In this document: positions 19,617 to 28,759 of the stretch, piece after piece | Layout: every line of letters starts with the position of its first letter | Numbering within the stretch: position 1 is the first letter of the stretch | Virus record (IMG/VR): IMGVR_UViG_3300032268_001483 | Coordinates: 32,001 to 96,000 of that record | Origin: a virus | Length of the DNA stretch: 64,000 nucleotides | Direction: 5' to 3' (one strand) | Made by a program: the position numbers and the translations under genes | The notes under the pieces: generated by a model | The model's input: only the letters and a program-made list of their open reading frames with translations | What the model was told of the DNA's origin: nothing | The model's database searches: none

Positions 19617-20657
19617 ATGGATTATTATGACATTTTAGGAGTAACCAAGGGAGCGTCACCCGATGAAATAAAACGGGCTTTTCGAAAAAAAGCTGTTGAA
19701 CATCACCCGGATAAGGGCGGAGACGAGTCTAAATTCAAGGAAATATCAGAAGCTTACGAAACTTTATCCGATGAAACAAAACGTGGAGAGTATGATAGAT
19801 TCGGAAAATCTGGAAATCCATTCTCAGGGAGAGGTGGGGGACACGGGTTCAACATGGATGATATCTTTAGTCAATTCGGAGACATGTTTGGCGATGGATT
19901 TGGAAGACAACAACATCAACACCCACCAAAAAGGAGGGGTAATGATTTAAGAGTACAGATTCAAGTCACCATCGAAGATATACTTTTTGGATCTTCTAAA
20001 AAATTAAAATTTAAAAGACAAACACCCTGTCAACCTTGTGGTGGAAAGGGTGGCACTGGTAAAAAATCTTGCCCACATTGTAATGGATTCGGTAGAAAAA
20101 ACATCACACAACATACACCCTTTGGTGTAATCACTTCTACCCAACTTTGTAATAATTGTGAAGGCACTGGACAAGTGATTTCAAATCATTGCCAAACCTG
20201 TAAAGCTTCTGGTACAAATGCAGTCGAAGAAACAATCGATATTAATATACCAAAAGGTGTTAGTAATGGAATGTCATTAATCATGGATGGTTATGGTAAC
20301 CACGTAAGAGACGGTATACCTGGAAATCTACAAGTGATTATTAGTGAGGTTCCGGATCAGAAATTCAAACGCGAAGGGAATGATATAGTCTATGAACATT
20401 CAATTACAGTACCTCAAGCCGTTTTGGGTTCTAAAGAAACTATCCAAACATTAGAAGGCAATTTATCAGTAGATGTAAATCCAGGATGTGAAAGCGGTAA
20501 AGTATTTAGTTTTCCTGGAAAAGGAATTCCAATTTTATTAAACAATGGAACAAATAGTGGTAGAGGCGCTCTCTATGTGAAGGTAAATGTTAAAATTCCT
20601 AAAAATATTTCAGAAGAACAAAAGGCACTTTACCTACAATTAAGTAAATTTGACTAA
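19617..20657 (+). CDS. dnaJ: Chaperone DnaJ
   Basis: J domain with HPD, G/F-rich linker, four CxxCxGxG-type repeats, C-terminal domain. Confidence 0.96.
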   Translation: MDYYDILGVTKGASPDEIKRAFRKKAVEHHPDKGGDESKFKEISEAYETLSDETKRGEYDRFGKSGNPFSGRGGGHGFNMDDIFSQFGDMFGDGFGRQQHQHPPKRRGNDLRVQIQVTIEDILFGSSKKLKFKRQTPCQPCGGKGGTGKKSCPHCNGFGRKNITQHTPFGVITSTQLCNNCEGTGQVISNHCQTCKASGTNAVEETIDINIPKGVSNGMSLIMDGYGNHVRDGIPGNLQVIISEVPDQKFKREGNDIVYEHSITVPQAVLGSKETIQTLEGNLSVDVNPGCESGKVFSFPGKGIPILLNNGTNSGRGALYVKVNVKIPKNISEEQKALYLQLSKFD

Positions 20658-20673
20658 AAGAGATTTAAAAAGT

Positions 20674-20682
20674 TAATATATA
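20674..20682 (+). promoter_or_regulatory. TAATATATA promoter in front of structured RNA
   Basis: About 12 nt before the first stem of the 20693-20771 element. Confidence 0.5.
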
Positions 20683-20692
20683 CTTTATATCT

Positions 20693-20771
20693 AAAACCAC
20701 ATTTTAGGACCGTGGTTACGCACCGGGCAGGTGTCAGCTAAAAACCCAGACTTCGCTCCTCTGGGTTTTTT
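20693..20771 (+). ncRNA. Candidate H-type pseudoknot RNA followed by intrinsic terminator
   Basis: P1 aaccac/gtggtt; loop ttttag+gac pairs with gtc..ctaaaa; inserted cacc/ggtg hairpin; terminator aaaacccaga/tctgggtttt; GC-rich island. Confidence 0.55.
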
Positions 20772-20835
20772 CATTTTAAAACTTTTTTAAATTTATAAAT
20801 ACATTTAGTACTATTATTAACTTAAATATTATTTT

Positions 20836-21144
20836 ATGAAACACGAATTGAAAATTGAATTCAAAGAAAAGAGTCAACTCGAAGAAGTAATCCAAGGTTC
20901 CTACTTTAACGAATCCAACAACGGTAAACTAATTGGAAAAAAACACTCAATTAATATAAACCAAGAAGATCCACTTTTTATAGCCTTTAAAGGGCTAAAC
21001 AATAACACTGTCAAACTAATTAATGAAGAAATGATTGAGGGTTCTATGCGATGTATAGTAGTACAAGAAAATGACTCCTACATCGAATTATTTCCAATCA
21101 ATAACTACTGCATCATTCAAGAAAAAAAATACTCATTCTATTAA
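20836..21144 (+). CDS. Hypothetical protein
   Basis: 102 aa ORF directly before guaC. Confidence 0.6.
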   Translation: MKHELKIEFKEKSQLEEVIQGSYFNESNNGKLIGKKHSININQEDPLFIAFKGLNNNTVKLINEEMIEGSMRCIVVQENDSYIELFPINNYCIIQEKKYSFY

Positions 21145-21151
21145 AAAAATT

Positions 21152-22090
21152 ATGAAATTCGATTTTAACGACATTAACCTAAAACCAAGAAAGAGTATAG
21201 TTGACTCCAGAAGCCAATGTGATACATCTCTAAAACTTGGTAAATACACGTTTCAATTACCAATTGTTCCTGCAAATATGCAAGCCATAATTGATGAAGA
21301 TATTGCTATTAAACTATCTGAAGGGGGATATTTTTATATACTACATAGATTTGATATTGATGTAGTTGAATTCATCAAGACAATGAAATCATATAACTAC
21401 CCAACATCTATATCAATTGGTGTAAATAGTGATTCATACGAACTAATTAACCAATTAGTAGAATTGGATTTAATACCAGATTTTATTACCATAGATATAG
21501 CACACGGACATTCCATCAAGATGGAAAAAATGTTGCAGTTTCTAAAAGAAAAATTACCACAAACATTCTTAATTGCTGGAAATATTTCCACACCAGAAGG
21601 GGTAGAAGATTTACAAAATTGGGGAGCAGACGCACTGAAGATAGGAATTGGCCCGGGGAGCTCCTGTACAACTTATCCAGCAACCGGTTTTGGTTCAAGA
21701 AATTGTCAAGCTTGGACTATCTATGAATGCGCAAAAATAGCTAAAGTTCCAATTATCGCCGATGGTGGAATAAAAGTACCTGGGGATATCACTAAATCAC
21801 TTGTCTTAGGTGCAACTATGGTAATGGTAGGTGGAATGTTAGCTGGTCAGTTAGATTCTCCAGGCAAAACTGTACAGATTGATGGTAAACCCCACAAAGA
21901 GTTTTGGGGAAGTGCTTCATCACATCAGTCGGGTAAGAAAAATAGAATTGAAGGAAAGAAAAATTTAATACCACTAAAAGATAAGACAATTTCACAAGAG
22001 ATGAATTATCTAAAGGAGTGTTTACAGTCTTCTATATCTTATGCAGGTGGAAAAAACTTAACTGTTTTTGAAGAAGTAAGTTGGTTTTAA
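21152..22090 (+). CDS. guaC: GMP reductase
   Basis: Start reassigned to ATG 21152 (MKFDFNDINLKPR); IDIAHGHS, KIGIGPGSSCTT, ADGGIK, LQSSISYAGG. Confidence 0.92.
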   Translation: MKFDFNDINLKPRKSIVDSRSQCDTSLKLGKYTFQLPIVPANMQAIIDEDIAIKLSEGGYFYILHRFDIDVVEFIKTMKSYNYPTSISIGVNSDSYELINQLVELDLIPDFITIDIAHGHSIKMEKMLQFLKEKLPQTFLIAGNISTPEGVEDLQNWGADALKIGIGPGSSCTTYPATGFGSRNCQAWTIYECAKIAKVPIIADGGIKVPGDITKSLVLGATMVMVGGMLAGQLDSPGKTVQIDGKPHKEFWGSASSHQSGKKNRIEGKKNLIPLKDKTISQEMNYLKECLQSSISYAGGKNLTVFEEVSWF

Positions 22091-22094
22091 AAAT

Positions 22095-22487
22095 ATGGAA
22101 AGTATGATATTACCAGAAAACACAGAAGAGAAATTTCTATTTATGAAGGAGAAAATTGAAGAAAGATTTTCCAAAGTAAATGCCTCATTTCCATTCACAA
22201 AGCCCGAGATTGATGAAGAAACATCAAATACATTAAAGTATATATCTAATTTCTGGCAAGTCTATTATTATACAGATAGACCTTTTATTCAAGATTCAAT
22301 TAACGATCGAATTCTATCTTGCTCAACACTCCCAATTGGTGGTTTTGAATTTCTTATAAACAAAAATAAAGATAAGTTATTTGTTTTTTATTCGTCTACA
22401 GGTAGTTATATACGTGGTGAATTTATCCAATCACCCGAAGTAATAAATAGACATAGAGATGTGACTATTGATAAATTATTGGATTAA
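22095..22487 (+). CDS. Hypothetical protein
   Basis: 130 aa; C-terminal RDVTIDKLLD. Confidence 0.6.
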   Translation: MESMILPENTEEKFLFMKEKIEERFSKVNASFPFTKPEIDEETSNTLKYISNFWQVYYYTDRPFIQDSINDRILSCSTLPIGGFEFLINKNKDKLFVFYSSTGSYIRGEFIQSPEVINRHRDVTIDKLLD

Positions 22488-22975
22488 ATTTTTCTAGCTT
22501 CTAATGAATATGTAGTCTTGCACTCATAAACTGAATTCCAAGCAAATCTTCTTATCTCGTAACCAAATCGCTCTATTTTTTGTAAAGTCAATTCTAAGTC
22601 TTCTTCGAATTGACTTTTATCTTTATTGTCAAATTCTTCAGTTAATTGTAAACCAATATGTATTGCATATGAAAACTGGACTGATACATGGCCTTTTCTA
22701 TCTTCACTACCATAACTACCACTTATTAAATCATAGACACTCAGATAATATTTGTCAGCTAGTTCAACCATCAAATCCTCAATCAAGTCCCTATTATCTT
22801 CGGAGAGATTTTCATTTATGAATTCTTCAAATCTAAGTATGACAGACTCTTTCTCTAAATGAGTCCATTCTTCACCCCAAACCCATTTCCATTTTTTTGG
22901 TGTCTTAGATTTGGTTTTATATTTTCTTCTGATTGCCCAAATCAATCTTAATTGTTTTTCACTTTTTGCTGGCAT
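22484..22975 (-). CDS. Basic MPAKSEKQ-type peptide fused to domain paralogous to 24536-24916
   Basis: NENLSEDNRDLIED..KIERFGY matches NESLTEDDRLQIED..RIKRFGY. Confidence 0.65.
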   Translation of the reverse strand: MPAKSEKQLRLIWAIRRKYKTKSKTPKKWKWVWGEEWTHLEKESVILRFEEFINENLSEDNRDLIEDLMVELADKYYLSVYDLISGSYGSEDRKGHVSVQFSYAIHIGLQLTEEFDNKDKSQFEEDLELTLQKIERFGYEIRRFAWNSVYECKTTYSLEARKI

Positions 22976-23731
22976 TTACTTTAACAATTTTATTATTTGA
23001 TTTATAATTGCCGATTTACTTCTTCTTGCATCAGTTTTTGTAAATACTTCTATGATATTATCAGTTAAACTTCTATTGATTTTATCATGACTTTTCGTAT
23101 AGTAATTTTTATATTTAGTCCAGCCCTCTGCCCAATGTGTACCACCTTTTACTTGGTCACCAAGTTTTTTTACTGTTTTCTTAGGTATATCAGTCCGTTT
23201 TAATTTACCACCACTACCACCAATCATAGCTTCTACTAACTCTATCAACCTCCTCTTTTTTGATTCAGAAAACTCACAATCTTCACTTTTCAAATCTTTT
23301 AATATTTGTTCCAAAGGTTTTATCCCATGATAATCAATTCTTCTTTCATGTGACTTCTTCAATAGTTCTTGACTTTTCTCAAAGTCATTTGATGGTACAA
23401 GGACAAAAACATTTTTATAATCCTTAATTAATTTTTTTACATCACCTTGATAGATGTGTCCTCCACCGAAATCTAATATACTCGGTTTATTATATTTTTC
23501 AAAATCTTCTGATAGAACATGCTCCACACATTTGATTTCATTTTCGTTACCATACCCGAAATCTGGTTGTAGTCTATCTAAAGATATTACTTCTAAACCA
23601 AGTTTTTCACCTAATTCTTTTGAAATAGTTGATTTTCCAATAGTTGGCGCACCTAAAAGAATAATTCTATCTTTTTGGCAATATTTCTGATTTTTTGACT
23701 CAAATACTCTGTATGATTGTAAATATTTCAT
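22976..23731 (-). CDS. P-loop kinase, shikimate-kinase-like fold
   Basis: ILLGAPTIGKSTISKELGEKLG..ISLD..DFGGG; MKYLQSYRVFES leader. Confidence 0.75.
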   Translation of the reverse strand: MKYLQSYRVFESKNQKYCQKDRIILLGAPTIGKSTISKELGEKLGLEVISLDRLQPDFGYGNENEIKCVEHVLSEDFEKYNKPSILDFGGGHIYQGDVKKLIKDYKNVFVLVPSNDFEKSQELLKKSHERRIDYHGIKPLEQILKDLKSEDCEFSESKKRRLIELVEAMIGGSGGKLKRTDIPKKTVKKLGDQVKGGTHWAEGWTKYKNYYTKSHDKINRSLTDNIIEVFTKTDARRSKSAIINQIIKLLK

Positions 23732-23777
23732 TTTTAATAATTTTTTTTTAAACTATATAATTCGAATGTTTCACTTC

Positions 23778-24539
23778 TTAGATTTCGAAATCATCATCAT
23801 CATCCTGTGTCTGCTCGTTTATAAAATTGATTAGTTTTATAAAATCACTCTTTAATTGACTATCAAATAAAATTTCATTAAATTTATCAACGGCTATATT
23901 TACAGCTGGTAATAATTTATCATAGTCAAATTCATTTCCCTCAAATTTATACTTCTTACTATATCCACTCACAATTCTTTTATTAAAATCACCAACATTA
24001 AAGAACATCTCAGGAATAATACTAATCTCATTTATTTCTTCATCCATCGAATTTTCACTAACAAACAATATTAATGAGAAGCGTATATAAATATTATCCG
24101 AATTTATTTCTCTAATGAATTTATATGAACCATCTTCAAAAGACCCAATACTCTTATTTTGACGCACAGGAATCAAAGGACTACTAATTTGTCTATATTT
24201 AGGTATGTCCATCTTAAAATCTATATCAGAAAAATTAGAGAAATTTTCAACCTTTAAATGATTTATAATTAAATCAATTAGTTCTTCTAATGTAATAGAA
24301 GAACATCTCAAAATATTATTTATGTTATTAACAATTAAAGTATATCCACTTCTTTTATCACTCACATCATAATAATCTTCACTTCCAATCATGTTCAAAG
24401 CCAGTTCAATACTTTCTTGGTTTTCGGATAAAAATAGTTTGAACAAGTTTTCTACCTCATACTTATCAAATTTTTCATCTCCATCAAAAGATTCAAACAG
24501 CAAAAAATCTTTAAAATTTTTAATCTTTTTCATTTTCAT
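23778..24539 (-). CDS. Hypothetical protein with capsid-targeting-like leader
   Basis: MKKIKNFKDFLLFESF. Confidence 0.7.
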   Translation of the reverse strand: MKMKKIKNFKDFLLFESFDGDEKFDKYEVENLFKLFLSENQESIELALNMIGSEDYYDVSDKRSGYTLIVNNINNILRCSSITLEELIDLIINHLKVENFSNFSDIDFKMDIPKYRQISSPLIPVRQNKSIGSFEDGSYKFIREINSDNIYIRFSLILFVSENSMDEEINEISIIPEMFFNVGDFNKRIVSGYSKKYKFEGNEFDYDKLLPAVNIAVDKFNEILFDSQLKSDFIKLINFINEQTQDDDDDFEI

Positions 24540-24916
24540 ACATTATTTTTTTTGTTTATATAAATCGAATATAACATATTTTTTTCTTCACTAAAATCAA
24601 AAGGATTCACAATTTTTTTTAAATAACCCCAAGTATTTATCTCTATATAATACCCAAATCTTTTAATTCTCTCAATTACTAATGTTAATTCCTTTTCAAA
24701 TAAAGTCATATCTATATTGGTATTTGTTATTCTAATAACAGTAATAATCCCAGTATCATATAAGGATATATTTATATGACCATTTTTATCTAATTCTGAA
24801 TCTAAACTGAAATTAAAATCATCAGAAAGAAAAACAAAGGTATCCTCTATTTGCAACCTATCATCTTCTGTCAAAGATTCATTTATTCTGTAATATTCCA
24901 AATATTTCATTTTCAT
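24536..24916 (-). CDS. Hypothetical protein with leader (paralogue of 22484-22975)
   Basis: MKYLEYYRINES. Confidence 0.65.
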   Translation of the reverse strand: MKMKYLEYYRINESLTEDDRLQIEDTFVFLSDDFNFSLDSELDKNGHINISLYDTGIITVIRITNTNIDMTLFEKELTLVIERIKRFGYYIEINTWGYLKKIVNPFDFSEEKNMLYSIYINKKNNV

Positions 24917-24918
24917 TT

Positions 24919-26076
24919 TTATTTATATTTCCAAATAAATCCATTTGAATGTTTATATTTACCCACACAACACATTTGAATACAACTACCTCTACTTCCT
25001 GTTTTTTTAGCAGCCTCTACAATTGAATCAAATTCCATTATGAAGTTACCATCTAAATCATACTGACAAACAGATTTTAAAGTCTTATTTGAATATTTTT
25101 TAGGTGGATTATCACCATAATATCTCCATATATATTTACCTGCAGATTTGTATTTTCCTCTACAACACTCACCTATATTACCATGATTTATACCAGTAAC
25201 TTCCGAAGCCCCAAACATTGAATCAAAATCTCTAATCCAATTACCATCTAAATCATACTGACTAACCTTTTTAGAATTTTCATCTAACTTATCCAGATTT
25301 AAATCAAACCACTCATCCTTATATCTCCAAATAAATCCACCACAAGTTTTTTGTTTTCCAATACAACAACCAGAAACATAGAGATTCAAATCTTTTTGAA
25401 TCCTTTCCGCACTCTCCCACTCACCTACTAAATTACCCACTAAATCATACTGTAAGACTACCTTTTGACCAGTAGCGAGCTGTTTCATCCACTCAGATTT
25501 ATCTTTCTCTATTCCCCATTCCTTTAAACTTCTGAATACTTTTGTCTCACTACAATTTAACTTCTCTGATATCTTTGGCATTGATAAGTTTTCCACAATG
25601 TAAAGTTCATATAATAAATCTTTATCAATAAATGTTTTTGGTCTATTATTATAGCCAGGTGTTTCTAAATATTTTTCTTTTAACTTTTCAGAAATTTTTT
25701 TCTTATGTTCATCAGAAAGTTTTACACCTCTTTTAGATTCACTCATTCTTTTCTTGGTTTCTTCGGTGTGTGAATATCCATTACCACCTTGTCCACCCTC
25801 AGTGAGATTTGTGAGATTACATCCTTCATTTCTCAATTTTTCTATCCAATATTTTTCCCAGTATTCCCAATTATCCTCTTCAACAGTATCCAATGTAGAT
25901 ATTATGGGTCGCTTTTCATTTTTTAATAGTGATTTGATCCATGATATTTTATGTGACTTTCTACCTGAATAACACTCTTTTATGTGGGAATATAATCTCT
26001 GTTTCAAATATTGTTTTGTCTTACCCACATATCTTATTTCACCAGATTCATCTGATAGTGCATAAATAATTACCAT
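24919..26076 (-). mobile_element. Free-standing GIY-YIG homing endonuclease with NUMOD3 and three NUMOD1-like repeats
   Basis: IIYAL..IRYVGKT..RLYSH; HTEETKKRMSES; QYDLxGN repeated three times. Confidence 0.88.
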
Positions 26077-26118
26077 AATATAATATAATATTTTTATTTA
26101 TATATTAAATATGGTAAC

Positions 26119-26877
26119 CTATCTTTTTATCATTACAAAAAACGACGAAGTCGACATCGCTTTTATATCCTCTTCTACCTTCCCCATTTCTTCTTTCCCA
26201 TCTGACACCAAATCAGCACTATTGTAGGTAATTCCACCGGGAAGTGTAAAATTAAATTGACCTAATAATCTACCTTGTTGCATCTTAGCCCACCCAGTAC
26301 AATATCTCAGAAAATAATGATCAGCCATTAAAGTCTCCAAAGGAATATTGACATAAGCTTCTAATATTAAGTGGTGTTCTACATTTGTTAAAATATTCAA
26401 TCTATGAGTTAATTGATTGAAGTGAAATTTAGTAGTATATAAATTCAATTGATTCAACATATCCGCCATTGAGTCAATCTGTGTTTTGTAAATACCCAAC
26501 TCACCGATAGTTGTTATATAGGATGAAAGATATGGTTGATTTGTAACTCCCAGATTTACAGACAAGTTAGGAACATTGATGCCCAGCTGTAAAAGATTTT
26601 GATTGCTTAATTTGTAAATCCAAGTTACCGATTGAATTTCACAAGGTAACTCTATATACTTATAGTTGACGTATTCAGCAGTCGAAAAAGCTGTTTTGTC
26701 AATGAAATAATACATTTTACCTACTGCATATTGGTAGTTTTGCCAAAACCATTTTGCGGCTCTTGTTTCTACGAATTGTCTGATTGAATGATCTGGTAGA
26801 TTTTTTGGAAGAGCTCCCCCAACCGTAACATCGGTTTGAACTAAATCTATAAATTCTTCGATAGTAATTTGACTCAT
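26119..26877 (-). CDS. Neck/head-completion protein, T4 gp13-like
   Basis: C-terminal RYCTGWAKMQQGRLLGQFNFTLPGGITYN..GKEE resembles the gp13 family. Confidence 0.75.
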   Translation of the reverse strand: MSQITIEEFIDLVQTDVTVGGALPKNLPDHSIRQFVETRAAKWFWQNYQYAVGKMYYFIDKTAFSTAEYVNYKYIELPCEIQSVTWIYKLSNQNLLQLGINVPNLSVNLGVTNQPYLSSYITTIGELGIYKTQIDSMADMLNQLNLYTTKFHFNQLTHRLNILTNVEHHLILEAYVNIPLETLMADHYFLRYCTGWAKMQQGRLLGQFNFTLPGGITYNSADLVSDGKEEMGKVEEDIKAMSTSSFFVMIKR

Positions 26878-26950
26878 AAAATATTTTTAATTTATAGTAT
26901 ATATTAAAAAATTAAAGTAACATAAACTCCAATTTTAGATATATAGTAGT

Positions 26951-28759
26951 ATGAATACGATACTTCAAGATATAACTAACAGAACTTCCAATATAGGGTC
27001 ACTTGTACTCCTGGTAAAAAATAATTCTGAATACTTAGATTTTATTAATCATAATGTTCCAGAATCTATTTTAGATAGACAGCTATCTGAAAAAATTTAT
27101 TATTTAGTTAATAATATAAACACACCTCAGTTATGTAGATGTGGAAAACATCTATCTTTTATTGGCTTTAAAAATGGTTATAGAAAGAGTTGTGGTGATA
27201 GGGAATGTTATGTGAGTTCAAGAAAAGAAACTTGTATTGAAAAGTTTGGTGTAGATAATCCAAAAAAATCTAAAGAAATTTTGGAGAAAGAAAAAGAGAA
27301 CATTCGTAAAAAATGGAATGGTGAACATTTCATGCTGAATAAAGACATAAAAGATAAGTTTAAGAAAACAATGATTGATAACTGGGGAGTTGAATGGGCT
27401 CAACAAAACAAATCTATTAAAGATAAATCCCTAGAAACTTGGAATAATAATCCAGAAAAGGTGAGTGTAATAGAATCGAGAAAAAATAAATTATTGAAAA
27501 AATCCGATGAGGAGAAAAGTATCATAGAAAATAAAAAAAGAGCAAAGATAATTGATAAATTCAGTACCTATGAAAACTTCATAAATTTCAGAAAAGAAAA
27601 GATTGAAGAGGCTTCTATAGAAAAGTATGGAACTCAACACCATCTTTCTTCTCCAGAAGTAATTAAATTGAGAATTGATAAATATAAAGAAAAAATCACC
27701 CAAAAGATTTTAGAGAAATTACCCAATACTTTAACTTATTTAGATAGGTTTCATAATAAGAATCTTACTGACCACTACATTAAATTGCATTGTCAAAATT
27801 GTGATAGTGAATTTTCTATAACAAGACAATTATTAGTAAATCGAATTAACTCCGGAATAGAAGTGTGTTTGAATTGTAATCCAATATTAGTTGGTAAGTC
27901 TAAAGGAGAAGAAGAAGTATTTGAATTTATATCATCAATTTATAGTGGACAAATTTTACAGAGATATAGAATTGATGGAAAAGAAATTGACATTTACTTA
28001 CCGGATTTGAAAATAGGATTTGAATATAATGGACTATTTTGGCATTCTAACTTACACAAAAGCTCACAATTTCATTTAGAAAAAACAAAATTTTTTGAGG
28101 AAGTTGGAATTAAATTAATTCATATTTGGGAAGATGATTGGTTATATAAAAGGGAAATTATAAAATCAATAATATCAAATAAGATAGGTGCTACTAAAAA
28201 TAAAATCTTTGCAAGAAAATGTCAGGTAAGAGAAGTTGATAATAGTCAAGTTCGTAGTTTCTTGGAAAGTAATCACATACAGAGCTTTGTGGGCTCACGA
28301 GTTAAACTTGGACTTTTTTATAAAGATGAATTAGTTAGCATAATGACTTTCGGTAGTCTTAGAAAATCTTTAGGTTATAACAATGTCGAAGGCAATTGGG
28401 AATTGTTGAGATTTTGTAATAAATTAGATTGTTCTGTAGTCGGTGGTGCCTCTAAATTATTCAATTATTTCTTGAAAGTATGGAAGCCAAGTCAAGTCAT
28501 AAGTTTTTGTGATTATAGTAGATCAGATGGGAATATCTATAAAACTTTAGGATTCGAGTTACAACATCTTTCAACTCCTAACTATTACTACATCGTAGAT
28601 AGTGTTAGAAGACATAGATTCAATTATAGAAAGGACAAATTAGTTACTAATGGATCTGATTCTAATCTAACAGAATCACAAATTATGCAAAATTTAGGTA
28701 TAAATAAAATTTATGACTGTGGTATGCAGAAATGGATTTTTATCCGAATTGAAAGTTAG
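26951..28759 (+). mobile_element. Free-standing putative homing endonuclease (Zn-binding N-terminus, xGVDNP repeats, Vsr/PD-(D/E)xK-like domain)
   Basis: CRCG..SCGDREC; EKFGVDNPKKS; EIDIYLPDLKIGFEYNGLFWHS; IHIWEDDW; paralogue of 33166-34980. Confidence 0.75.

Noticed and set aside
20693-20771. HDV-like/theta ribozyme reading of the pseudoknot (GGGCA..GCUAA resembles the HDV junctions)
   Set aside because: No P1/P3 strands or UCCUCG-like L3 can be placed upstream, and no adjacent tRNA.
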